A DNA stretch of 63,395 bases, counting the filler, from Craspedostauros australis (Eukaryota): the NCBI GenBank assembly GCA_030167865.1. It is 5 parts of 5 records of this genome, joined end to end, with 100 filler letters (N's around TTAATTAATTAA, not from the genome) between each part and the next. Parts side by side here need not be neighbours in the genome. Positions count along the whole stretch, not along the records: positions 9,202 to 19,598 come from JALAGF010006570.1; positions 19,699 to 44,534 come from JALAGF010006571.1; 3 more parts are not named here. One strand, given 5' to 3'. Positions 11,128 through 22,000 of this stretch are shown here, piece after piece. Positions within the stretch are counted from its first letter, which is position 1. Each line of letters opens with the position of its first letter. Both the position numbers and the translations under genes were made by a program. Below the pieces are notes generated by a model, which was not told the origin of the DNA, did no database searches, and worked only from the letters and a program-made list of their open reading frames with translations.

Positions 11128-12092
11128 CTGGACGGTCTTGTGGCCTTGAGCCTGCCTCCAACAACTCGACATCAGTCACAATCAACACCACATCAATTTG
11201 AAGCAAACAACGCGAAAGGCTCCGGAGACAGAGAGACAGAAGGAGAGAGAGAGAGCTGTCATCACCACCACCATGTGCACCATGACCCTTGCTTGCTTGC
11301 GTCATCGTNNNNNNNNNNNNNNNNNNNNNNNNNNNNNNNNNNNNNNNNNNNNNNNNNNTGCACTTCAGCTTCGACTTCGACGTCACCTTGCTGCGCTGAC
11401 GCTGCGAGCATTGCCCGGAGCAACAGAAGGTGACATCATCGATGGCTAGCGCATGCAAATGGAGGCAAATGCAATGGTAAAGAAGACTACTCTACTATCC
11501 TCTACGAGACATGCGAGCGCCTGTGCCATTGCCNNNNNNNNNNNNNNNNNNNNNNNNNNNNNNNNNNNNNNNNNNNNNNNNNNNNNNNNNNNNNNNNNNN
11601 NNNNNNNNNNNNNNNNNNNNNNNNNNNNNNNNNNNNGAAAGATTGATTTGGAGCTCTTTGCCTTCATTGAAACGTAGCGATGTAAGATGAATAAAGAAGT
11701 GGTTCTAATGATGGATTATGACCGAAGTCTGTGTTTTTGTTTTGGACGACTTCCTTTTGTTGTTTGTTTTCTTTGTCAGTCTTTTGGATACGGTTTTCGA
11801 CTCGTTCGACTACACTGTTGCTTCCGTGGCTCCAACAAAAACCACCAAAGAAGATGACACAAAGGTGGTTCGAAATGGTCATTGAGTGTTTCCGTCGGTC
11901 TGGACGGTCTGGTGGCCTTGAGTCTGCCTCCAACAACTCGACATCAGTCACAATCAACACCACATCAATTTGAAGCAAACAACGTGAAAGGCTCCAGAGA
12001 CAGAGAGACAGAGAGACAGAAGGAGAGAGAGAGAGACAGCTGTCATCACCACCACCATGTGCACCATGACCTTTGCTTGCTTGCGTCATCGT
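11128..12092 (+). repeat. Dispersed ~190-bp direct repeat pair (11128-11308 and ~11900-12092) containing a GA microsatellite
   Basis: Direct sequence similarity between the two segments. Confidence 0.7.
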
Positions 12093-13187
12093 GGCATCTG
12101 CAATACCGTTGACCCTCGTCCGCCTGCCATCGCAAGTACCAACTTGAGGTGTGAACCAATGCCTTGAACAAAGATGAAGCCACCAATGAAGCCACCGATG
12201 TGACTGCCTCTGTTGCTTGCGACCCATCTCATTTGGACTTGGCTGGTTGCCATCCCACTGCATTGCAAGCATCACCATCTGCGTGGGCAACAAGAGTCCT
12301 CAACACCAAATCAACATCACATTGCGTGTTGGGATGGGCTGACACGTTCAGCAATCAACAGGCGAAGCGATATCGTGCCGCCTCCACTGTTTCTGCCACA
12401 CGGACCACCAACACACAACACCCATGCGTGTTCTATCCATAGGCATGAGCACCGCCGTCTTGGCTCGTGACTTCCAGAGCATCGATGCTCAACCGAGGTG
12501 ATTGACAGGAACATCCGCCTCACAAATGAAGTTGGGAACACCACAAAGGAGGACATGTGGGNNNNNNNNNNNNNNNNNNNNNNNNNNNNNNNNNNNNNNN
12601 NNNNNNNNNNNNNNNNNNNNNNNNNNNNNNNNNNNNNNNNNNNNNNNNNNNNNNNNNNNNNNNNNNNNNNNNNNNNNNNNNNNNNNNNNNNNNNNNNNNN
12701 NNNNNNNNNNNNNNGTCAAGCTCTCTGGATGCTTGGACTGGGCTGGTTCGTCGGTTCCTGTCTTTCCGCCACACTGGCACTGATCGCTTCGAAGATTGGA
12801 ATGGATGGTGGTGTCAATAAGACGTAGTATGTGAATCAATGTTGTTCGCTAATATTTATGAGAGATTGCATTGATTAGCTGTGGAGTTGCGGTCANNNNN
12901 NNNNNNNNNNNNNNNNNNNNNNNNNNNNNNNNNNNNNNNNNNNNNGCTCATGGGCCATGGATCGCTGACCATGTGCTTCTTCTACCATACGGAAACTCTG
13001 TGTCAACCATGATCCGCAATACTGCGCTCACACTCTGCATGGGGTTGCTGGTTGGTTCGTTGGTTGATTCGTTGGTTTCTTCTGTTGCTCGTCAAGCTCT
13101 CTGGATGCTTGGACTGGGCTGGTTCGTCGGTTCCTGTCTTTCCGCCACACTGGCACTGATCGCTTCGAAGATTGGAATGGATGGTGG

Positions 13188-13375
13188 TGTCAATAAGACG
13201 TAGTATGTGAATCAATGTTGTTCGCTAATATTTATGAGAGATTGCATTGATTAGCTGTGGAGTTGCGGTCAGATCTCCTGCTGGTGTCTTGCTATGCTCT
13301 AGGAGAAAAGTGGGCGCGAGGTGCGCGCTTTGCGTACGCAGGGCAGACGGGTCACGAGTGGGACTAGAATCAATA
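13188..13375 (-). repeat. 3' LTR (TATTGA...TTGACA)
   Basis: Matches 18246-18433 and is bounded by the TSD and PPT. Confidence 0.95.
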
Positions 13376-16300
13376 CACCCTCGCGTAACTCCCAACATGC
13401 TTTGTCTTGCGTGTTTGCTGCTGTCTGGAGTCGGCTTGAGGTAGACTTCTCGCATTTTGCGATGATGGGCGGTCGGGTGATGCTTGGTGAAGTAGTCGGC
13501 GAGATTGTCTGATCCCGGTGCCCAGTATACGATGAACTGGCCCTGTTGGATGCGATCTCGCACCCAGTAGAAGCGCATATCCATTGCTCTGGTGCGTCGT
13601 TGCTTCATGGTCTTGTTCACAATCCCTGATGCGGTGGAATTGTCGGTTTTGATGGGTGTAGGCGGTTGCCGGTGTCCCAGTTCGTCTAGTGTAGTTCGCA
13701 GTGCGGCTGCGGCGGTGCAATTCAGGTAGAGTGCCCCGACTTCGGCCTCCGCGGCTGAGCTCATCACATGCTGCATTTTGTTGCAGACGGTGTGGATTGC
13801 GCCGTTGTTTGGCGGTGGGTGGGCGGGGGCCTTGGTGTTGTCTTTGGATTTGTTGCTGAGGTACATGTGTCCCCCAGCTCGGCTGCGTGCTTTCGGCAAG
13901 CTCAAGTATGAGGCGTCGCTGTCCACGTGCAGGACCATGTCGCTCGCGTTGTAGACGATGGTGGCTTCGGGATGGGATGCGCAGTAGTCGAGTAGCTGGT
14001 GGACTCGTTTCTGTGTGTTCCGTGTTGCATGTGCCTGCTGCGTCGCGATGTCACTGACGGCGGGCAGGATGGTTGGATCCACGGCTCTCGCGTAGTATAG
14101 TAGCGTTCCTACTATCTGTCGAATGCGGATGATTTCTTCGGCGGGGAGGACCGGTGCCGTATCATCCAGCTTGGGTTCTTGTGTTCGCGCGCCGTAGACA
14201 GGTGCTTCACATGGTGCTGGCGCATGCTGCGGTTTGGTGGGGAGGACGTGCTGGAATTTGTGTAGCGCTTTCTTGATGTATCCTGGCATGGACAGCTCGA
14301 CGGTGTGCTGTTCGTAGTTCCATGCCAGACTGACGCCGCAGTAGAGGTCACCGCTCCACTCGATTGTGCACTTGTAGATAGTTTGCAGGGCTGCGATGAG
14401 GTGCTGCGCGTGTTCCTTCCCGACGTATTTGACTCCGAAGTCGTCGACGACGAGTGTGAAGGTGACTGGTCTGTGGTCATGTTTCCACAGTCCTGGCGTG
14501 TGTGGCACCGGGCGGTATCCGAATTTGGCCAAGTGCTTCTGGAGTTTCACGTTGGCGATTTTGCCTGCTTGCGGTAGGCCGTACATTCCCTTGCGGACTT
14601 CGACGTACACATTGCCTTTGTGTTCGAGCTGTCGTAGTTGGTATTGTTCGATGACTTTCGGTGGTAGCATGGCGATCGGCATTCGCATGTACTCGTATCT
14701 GTTCATGTCTGTGTTGAGGTAGAAATCTTTGATGTCGATGGTCATGAATCGTGCACCTTGCGTGGAGACGACGCTGTTGAAGAGACATTTGGCCGTGGTG
14801 AGTTCGGCGGTCGGTGTGTGGACGTCGAAGGGGTAATCGATGAGGTTACCGCCGACGGTGAGTCTCGTCCGATGTGTCTCCGCTTTTTGTGGCCGTACGG
14901 CGCACACAATTCTGCCGTATGTGATGGTTCGGCCGTGCGGCACGGCCGATTTGGGCACGAAGAAAATTGTGTTGGTTGCTGCCGACGCCGGTATTCGCGT
15001 TCCAATGCCTTGTGCTAGCCGGCCGATCTCGTTTGCAAACGACTTGTACCACTGTTCTGGGGTGTGTCCGTGCACTTTGCCTGCAATGAGATGACGATAC
15101 TCATACGCTGTGCCCGTTCTCTCATCGATGACTGCGTTGGCGGTGTGTGCGTCCTGTGCCCACGTGCGTCGCTGGATGGCTCCCGTGCGTAGTCGCGTTC
15201 TCGGCGCTGTTGCTTGTGGCGCTGTTCGTGTGACGTTCGTTGCACTTTCGTCGTCGCTTTCGTCGTCGCCTTCGTCGTCAGATACTACGGGTGTTGCTGT
15301 GGGCACCCTCGGAGGTGGCCGCGTGATGGCTGTGACGGTGGTGTCCCGCGTGCGTGTTGGCACCCTCGGTGGTGTTTGCGTGGGCTTGCCCACCCTCGGA
15401 GGTGGTGCCGTCTCTGTTGATGTTACCGCTGTTTGGAATATCCGTTCAAGCTGTTCAAGGGCTTGGAGTTGTCGGTCTCCGATTGCTTGTACTGGCAGGA
15501 ATGGCGTTTGGAGCGCTGCGGCGAGGTCGCTTGCTGCCTTGATGGCCATGTCTGCATTTGTGGGCATGGGGATGGCGCACTTGCTTGGCGTGAGCTCGAT
15601 TGTGTCTGTGATGCGCGTTTTGCGCGTGCTAGTGCAGTACACTTTGTAGCATCTGTAGTGTTCCATGGCTGGGGACACATACCACCCTGGGGTTCCATGT
15701 GGTGCCCATGTGGCTCGGCTGCTCGGCTTGTCATGTACGATGGCTTTGGTTCCTGGTGGTGCCATTGGCGTTGCGTTGAAGTCGAAGTTGCCGTGCAGTG
15801 CATGATACGCGGAGATGTGTGGGTTGACGCGTGCCGGTCGCATCAGATTGAGGGTGATGTCACACTGGGGCAGGAGCTGGCACCATAGGTGTTGCGGGAA
15901 GGCTTCGTCGGCTGTCGCCAGACCTGCGATGAAGTGGTCTTTCCATGTGGATATAGCTCGTTCGGCTGCGTTGCGCCGGTGTATGCCCGGTGGTACGAGC
16001 TGGTATTCGATGCCTTTTGACTGGATGAGGTGCTTCAATTCGGCTGGCGCTTCGTTATCCAGGCGATGAAAACGTGGTGTCATTCCCCCGCGTAGGAGAA
16101 CCGACAAAAGTTCGTCACACGCCCGCGAGAGTTCCGATGCGTGACGGCTGCGCATTGGCCGTGACAGGATCGCGTTGGAATCTTGGTCATACATCACCAT
16201 GATGTATTGGTACCCGCGACTGGACGTGACGGGGAACCGGCCTGTTTGGTCGGTGTAAATTTTTCCGGTCGGTCGGTATACATCCATGTACACGTCTCGT

Positions 16301-17016
16301 GGTTCGTTGGCGTTCTTGGTGGACTGGGTGACGTTGTTGCAGTGTTTGCGTGTTGACTGCGTGTTCTGATATTTCTGGCGAAGGTGTCCAGTCGCAGTTG
16401 CCGCCGATGGTGGAAGGAACTTTTGCACCAATTGCTCGGTGAGGCCGGGCCACGAGGAGAAGAAACCTTTCTTGATGGCTGCCGTGAAAGTTGATACCGA
16501 GGGACTGAAGCAGCATTGGTGGTAATATTTGGCGAGCTCCATCTTGGTTGATGTGTGGTGGATGTGATTGGCCAAATTCGGCGACGCCGGCGTGGGCGGT
16601 TGTATGTTGATGCGATACATACCGTCAACTTGATGCCGACGTCCCGTGTGAATCGTGTTTCCGTTTTTCCGAATTCTCACGGCTTCTTGGTCGAAGTCCA
16701 CCGTCATGCCGTGGTCACACAGTTGGCCCACTGACACAAGTGCCGCGCTGGAAAGCTGCGGAAACACTCGTGCTGTGCACGCATGCTGCGGTACATTGGC
16801 AATGCTCACCGTGGCTTGGTGAGAGGATTCGATTGCGGATCCGTCGGGCAGGGCAACGGTCAACGGTTTGTCGTCAGGCTTTCGGCCAAGGCACGGATCA
16901 GCAGGGCGCAGGAAGTGACTTGTGCAACCAGAGTCGACTATGGCAAGGGCAGGATCACATGACGTTGTGGTAGTAACGGCGAACGTTACTTGTTTACTGT
17001 GCTCCTGCCGTGTTCG
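13225..17016 (-). CDS. pol: Copia Pol (protease-integrase-RT-RNase H), in frame with gag after one UGA; stop codon lies inside the 3' LTR
   Basis: IVDSGCTSH protease motif upstream of the ORF-track start; YTDQTG / RLDNE / NAAER (integrase); KGMYGLPQAG and LVVDDFGVKY (RT); VDSDASYL, KTDNSTA and NLADYFTK (RNase H). Confidence 0.95.
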   Translation of the reverse strand, partial: RTRQEHSKQVTFAVTTTTSCDPALAIVDSGCTSHFLRPADPCLGRKPDDKPLTVALPDGSAIESSHQATVSIANVPQHACTARVFPQLSSAALVSVGQLCDHGMTVDFDQEAVRIRKNGNTIHTGRRHQVDGMYRINIQPPTPASPNLANHIHHTSTKMELAKYYHQCCFSPSVSTFTAAIKKGFFSSWPGLTEQLVQKFLPPSAATATGHLRQKYQNTQSTRKHCNNVTQSTKNANEPRDVYMDVYRPTGKIYTDQTGRFPVTSSRGYQYIMVMYDQDSNAILSRPMRSRHASELSRACDELLSVLLRGGMTPRFHRLDNEAPAELKHLIQSKGIEYQLVPPGIHRRNAAERAISTWKDHFIAGLATADEAFPQHLWCQLLPQCDITLNLMRPARVNPHISAYHALHGNFDFNATPMAPPGTKAIVHDKPSSRATWAPHGTPGWYVSPAMEHYRCYKVYCTSTRKTRITDTIELTPSKCAIPMPTNADMAIKAASDLAAALQTPFLPVQAIGDRQLQALEQLERIFQTAVTSTETAPPPRVGKPTQTPPRVPTRTRDTTVTAITRPPPRVPTATPVVSDDEGDDESDDESATNVTRTAPQATAPRTRLRTGAIQRRTWAQDAHTANAVIDERTGTAYEYRHLIAGKVHGHTPEQWYKSFANEIGRLAQGIGTRIPASAATNTIFFVPKSAVPHGRTITYGRIVCAVRPQKAETHRTRLTVGGNLIDYPFDVHTPTAELTTAKCLFNSVVSTQGARFMTIDIKDFYLNTDMNRYEYMRMPIAMLPPKVIEQYQLRQLEHKGNVYVEVRKGMYGLPQAGKIANVKLQKHLAKFGYRPVPHTPGLWKHDHRPVTFTLVVDDFGVKYVGKEHAQHLIAALQTIYKCTIEWSGDLYCGVSLAWNYEQHTVELSMPGYIKKALHKFQHVLPTKPQHAPAPCEAPVYGARTQEPKLDDTAPVLPAEEIIRIRQIVGTLLYYARAVDPTILPAVSDIATQQAHATRNTQKRVHQLLDYCASHPEATIVYNASDMVLHVDSDASYLSLPKARSRAGGHMYLSNKSKDNTKAPAHPPPNNGAIHTVCNKMQHVMSSAAEAEVGALYLNCTAAAALRTTLDELGHRQPPTPIKTDNSTASGIVNKTMKQRRTRAMDMRFYWVRDRIQQGQFIVYWAPGSDNLADYFTKHHPTAHHRKMREVYLKPTPDSSKHARQSMLGVTRGCIDSSPTRDPSALRTQSAHLAPTFLLEHSKTPAGDLTATPQLINAISHKY

Positions 17017-18180
17017 TCAAGTGCTCGTGGGTGCCCCGTCGGTAGATCCTCCCATCGTGTTCTCGCGAGTGGCCTCCTGCTTGTGTCCGTGGGCTGGATT
17101 GTTGCATGTCGCGCTGGTGTGCGTCGGTGCTACCTTGTACCCGTGGGTCCAGCAGTAGGAGGTGAACTGCTTCTTGCGTCCCTTCTGCTTGGCGGGGCCG
17201 GTGTTGGCCATGTTGGCGCCGGCTTGGAGCTTCGTCACCATCGCGGTCAGCTCGGTCAGTTGCTGGACGAGGTTTGCGTTGCTGGCTGTGAGTTGGGCCA
17301 CGGAACTGCGGTCTGCTGCTGTGGCAGATGCGAGGTTGGCCAGAGCGTCGGCTGTCTCCTCGGCGGAGACAGCGGCATGCGCGCTTTGGTACCCTCCTGC
17401 GGCTGTGGCGATTTGGGTTTCGCGGTGGTCTTGGTGAGCTGCCGCGAAGTCCGCTTTGAAGCGGGTCCAAGTCTTATCGGCGGCACTGAGAGCGCGGAAA
17501 GATCGGCATGCTTCGGGGAATGCTTGTGTTTGGAAAACCAAGTTGTAGGCGACTGCCACGAGCTGGTGATTGGTGTAGGGCGTTTTGGCGGCAACCGCCA
17601 AATCGCGAGCTGTCTCGATTTGGGCGACCAGGACTTCGAAGGGTTCCGATGGGTTGAACGGAGTCTTCATGGTCTTGTCGTTTTTGTCGAGGTCTTGTGG
17701 GGTGATCTTGCCGTACGTGCTGTACAAGTGGTTCAAGATGTCGAGCGTGGATGCGTTGGCGTATCCGACGATGTTGTGCCGCAACGTTCGCACGTATTGG
17801 TCTTCGACGGCGCTGAGCAACTGCTGCTTGAGCGCGTTGTCCACAGCTCGGTACTCCTTCCAGAGGCGCTCCTGTTCTTTGTGGATGCTGGTGGCTGCGC
17901 TGATCTGGGCCGCGGTGGCTGCGTTCGGGATGTTTGGATGGGGTCCAGGGTTGGCTGGCACGACGAATGCGGTTGCTGATAGGTCTTGGTAGACCTCATC
18001 GGAGACGGTGAGCACCAGGTATCCAAGCTGTCCGTTGCCGAGGGGGCAGTGCACGGATGCTGCATTGGCGTTGAGTACTACGTTGAGCTCTGCGATGGTC
18101 TCGTAGGTTGGCACCCCGATGATGGGTTCGACGACGGCTTGCGGGAAGGTCGCGAGGATTTTCTCGTGGCTGTTGGCCAT
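17017..18180 (-). CDS. gag: Gag (387 aa) with a variant zinc knuckle
   Basis: MANSHEKILATFP...NANAASVHCPLGNGQLGYL...HLYSTYGKI...YCWTHGYKVAPTHTSATC...NTMGGST. Lies between the 5' LTR and pol. Confidence 0.9.
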   Translation of the reverse strand: MANSHEKILATFPQAVVEPIIGVPTYETIAELNVVLNANAASVHCPLGNGQLGYLVLTVSDEVYQDLSATAFVVPANPGPHPNIPNAATAAQISAATSIHKEQERLWKEYRAVDNALKQQLLSAVEDQYVRTLRHNIVGYANASTLDILNHLYSTYGKITPQDLDKNDKTMKTPFNPSEPFEVLVAQIETARDLAVAAKTPYTNHQLVAVAYNLVFQTQAFPEACRSFRALSAADKTWTRFKADFAAAHQDHRETQIATAAGGYQSAHAAVSAEETADALANLASATAADRSSVAQLTASNANLVQQLTELTAMVTKLQAGANMANTGPAKQKGRKKQFTSYCWTHGYKVAPTHTSATCNNPAHGHKQEATRENTMGGSTDGAPTST

Positions 18181-18245
18181 GGTGGCAAGGTTGGTGGTGA
18201 AGTTCTTGGTGGTCAAGATTTCAAATGGTGCTATTAGCGAACAAC

Positions 18246-18433
18246 TGTCAATAAGACGTAGTATGTGAATCAATGTTGTTCGCTAATATTTATGAGAGAT
18301 TGCATTGATTAGCTGTGGAGTTGCGGTCAGATCTCCTGCTGGTGTCTTGCTATGCTCTAGGAGAAAAGTGGGCGCGAGGTGCGCGCTTTGCGTACGCAGG
18401 GCAGACGGGTCACGAGTGGGACTAGAATCAATA
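18246..18433 (-). repeat. 5' LTR (TATTGA...TTGACA)
   Basis: Matches 13188-13375 and is flanked by the TSD. Confidence 0.95.
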
Positions 18434-20428
18434 GGTGGCCCCGGAATTTGTTGCTCCAACAACGAGTGATCGCTCCTCCTGGGGCTTGGCAAGGGGCTTG
18501 ACTGCAGTGTTGGCGCAATGGCGGAAGTGCAACTCCAGGAAAGATGAGAACGATAGCGTGATACGGGACGGTCGATAGAACCGCGCAGCAACTATGCTCC
18601 TCGTGGCTTCTCATCATGTCCCTCTTCCTTGTTCGCCATGTACTCTTCGTGGATGGTCTCTTCCACAAACTTGGATCAGCTGGCATCGGCACTGTCGCTT
18701 TGGATCTGCTTGGCAGTGTGACTTGGAGTAGAGTGCTCTGTGTGCGAATCCGGCGGCACGGTGACGACCGCACCGCGACGACCGCATGGCTTGTGAAAAT
18801 GGTGCTGCCATGTGTCCATTGTCTGCGCAACGAACCAACAACGATGCTCATGGCGGGGCATGGATGGAACCACGGACGTCCAATCTGCTGGTGAATGACA
18901 TCGGCAACATCCCTGTGCGTATGTACTGTAGAGAGCACACCAGAGTAGTCGTAGACAAGGAGGAGGTAGCGTGGAAGCAGTATCCAGCCCTGCAATCTCT
19001 TCAAACATCTGGTCACTTCATCACAGCGTTCCATTGGACACGCAGATATAGTACTGTGCCCTCATCCTCATCCGTAACCTTGTACAGGTCCATCATGAAC
19101 ATACGACTGTACTCGTCATCGATACAATCACTCTTGGCTCTCCCACTGCAAAACACCTGGATCTCCGTCATCAGTTGGGGGTTGTAGAATCAGTTTGCTT
19201 AAATCTAGATGAGTGGACATATCTTTCTCACTTTCAGCTGCCACTCTCATTGCTGTATCGTTCGACACCACGCAGTTGTGTTGATCAGCGAATATCAACG
19301 CATCTATCGTGGTGTCCTCTGTGAGATGCTTGNNGGCCAACTCTGCTTCAAGAACAAGCTTGAGTAGCCAGAAGCCGAACTCGTTGGCCACAAGGATCAG
19401 CTGTTGCCGATCGTCCTGCCCAGTGAGGATGGGAGTTGGCTGGTGAGAGGCATCTGCATCATGGTGAGCGCTGGTGTGAGCGCCAACATGAGTGCCGGTG
19501 TGAGCAGCAGCGTCGTCACGAACGCTGTCATTGAAGGATATCTTGGCTGTGTAGATGCATTGGAGGACGTATCGGATGTGTTTTGGTTGAAGATTGGGNN
19601 NNNNNNNNNNNNNNNNNNNNNNNNNNNNNNNNNNNNNNNNNNTTAATTAATTAANNNNNNNNNNNNNNNNNNNNNNNNNNNNNNNNNNNNNNNNNNNNTC
19701 CATCGGCGCGGCATGAAGTTGAACCCATTGTGGCGAGTGCCTCTCTCTATCTCCTTGTTCGATGCGGGTGAGCGGAAAGATCGGGAGGCATTTTCGATTT
19801 CAACCACAGATCATGATCACCTGAAACGGTGACGATCGTGAAGTCGCCACCTCGTTGGGTCTCTCTCTTCTTGTTGACAAGACCAATTGATACATCAATT
19901 GGTCTGCAGATATACATATTATATCATACATAATAAACGGAACATTGTATTCGATGTCAAGTTGCGATGTTGTATGAGCGTCTATCTGATGTGGGTCATC
20001 TGTAGTCGGAGTGTTGGGCCGATCCGTCCTCTTCCTAACTCTGCCATGTCCGGTTGATACCGAGCAAGTTCTATAATCACCTGTGTTGGCGACATGAAGT
20101 TTATCAATGACTGCGCAAACCACGATTCCGAGCACTCTTTCGCGAACGTCACCGTTTGTGTTCTGTTCTCACCAAAATGGTCACGCGCTGGGCGACATCC
20201 TCAGCTTGAGGCCGATCGCAGCTGCTTTTGTGAGTGACAACATGTTGAGCATGGTGGGAGAGCGGAGGAGGGTGGAGTGAGGATCCCATGTTCCGCTTCC
20301 GTTCGTCTCGTCCAGTTCTCGAGAATGGCATTCTTGTGACGACTGATCCCTCGACGGATACCGGACGTCCGTTATGATCTTGCTTTGTGGTATCTGTTGC
20401 TGCTCCAATCGTGGATGAACCAACAATA

Positions 20429-22000
20429 CCTTCCACCTCACTCACTCGGCAAACCGATAGCACTAGTTGTAGAGTTTTTGCCGTGTTCCTTGTCAGATCG
20501 ACTCGTGTTTGGATGATCCCGGGAGTATCGGTAATGATACCAAAACCGCAGTTTCACAAACCAGCTCGTGTTTAGTGACGTCACTGGTTGTTTGTTTCAC
20601 GGAAAATTACAGTGGACTCACCAGACTCAGGATTCTTGGCGAAGGTTTGGAGGCATTCGTTGGAATTCTGTTGCGATTTCCCACACCCCAACAGCAAGAA
20701 AAGACCGTCACCAAGAAAAGAAACACAACAACATGACAATGGGGAAACAAAACAACACTCTGTGAGAACCGCCAAAAGTCATGGACGGCACTGCATCAAC
20801 CACCAGTCCAATGCCAGATCCAAGCACATCAACGGAAACGCCATATAAATCTTGGTGGATGGGCAAGAGGGAGCTATCAGAGCGGTTCATTTGAATCAGC
20901 GATAGTGAAAAGAGCGAAACGTNNNNNNNNNNNNNNNNNNNNNNNNNNNNNNNNNNNNNNNNNNNNNNNNNNAATGCATGTTGGGTACGGGCTGTGTGTG
21001 GACGATACAAGCCATTTAAACAACCATGGATGGGCAAGATGCATCAAGGGGATCAAGATGAAGGGTCCTACGAAGTTTGAGGCTGAAAGAACGCCTGGAG
21101 GGTGTCGATGGAGGGGAACAAGTGGAGTGCAAGAGTTTTTGGGGTGGTGACAAAGCACCCATCACGTGGCTTTGCTGGTGTGGTGGCGCACGTGAACATC
21201 CGCCACATCGCCAACCCACCCATACAAGATGTGTTCATTATCAAGTCAGGAATGGGGTTGGAGAAGTGGGGATCGATTACATTGAGTGGAAGAGGTTGGA
21301 ACCAACCAAATGCTGCAGTCGCATTTTTTCGATACAAAGAAAAACTGACGATGGCATCAGCGTCGGGATGGATAAAAAACTGGAGATCCATCTTGAGGCG
21401 TTGTGGAATGCATCAGCGTGTACTCAGTTCATCGGGTATCGAGGGAGGCTGTGTGGGGGGAACAGATATGGTTGTGAGCGGGAGATATGATCGGATGAAG
21501 CAGCTGCCTTCGGACTGTCCTTCATTTTCAAAAATGTTGGATTTCAGGTATGGGCTGCCAATGTGTGTTGAAGGGAGATCTGACGGTGCATGCTTGGCAG
21601 GGATGGATACATATGGGGTATATGGAGACAATGAGATGCGCAGGTGGTCGAAACGAGACGGTTATGGGCATCATCTTGGATGGCAAAGTGATGGCACCAT
21701 GGTCCCATCCAGAATTTTGCGCCACACACAATCCCACGTTGACAACAAAAATGATGTTAAATTTGAAGTCAATTTAAATTTAAGTTCAATATTCCTATAC
21801 ATCGCAAGTTATTTGTTCACATGGTACACTTATTTTTAATTATGAATGATGTGGTGTTGCGATATAGCATCATAAGCGTTTATTGGGATGGATTGTAATT
21901 TTGCTCTAGACTGGGCTACGCAACACGACTAATCCCACGTTGGAGGGCAAAAAACTCTACAACTAGTGCTATTGCTTTGCCGAGTGAGTGAGGTGGAAGG
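20429..22000. mobile_element. Non-autonomous DNA transposon with ~55-bp TIRs and a TA target duplication (Tc1/mariner-like ends)
   Basis: CCTTCCACCTCACTCACTCGGCAAA..ATAGCACTAGTTGTAGAGTTTTT at 20429 and its reverse complement ending at 22000. TA on both sides. Confidence 0.85.

Larger units (their letters stand above)
13188..18433 (-). mobile_element. Complete, recently inserted Ty1/Copia LTR retrotransposon (5246 bp)
   Basis: 188-bp LTRs at 18246-18433 and 13188-13375, identical by eye. TSD GGTGG at 13183-13187 and 18434-18438. Intact gag and pol. PPT-like GCGAGGGTG precedes the 3' LTR. Confidence 0.97.

Noticed and set aside
12715..12895. Apparent third LTR copy with the same flank
   Set aside because: Duplicates 13091-13271 between N gaps, most likely an assembly artefact.
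18439..19598. Possible degraded PAS-domain gene at the Copia insertion site (DTTIDALIFADQHN)
   Set aside because: Multiple stops and only a faint resemblance, too weak to call.
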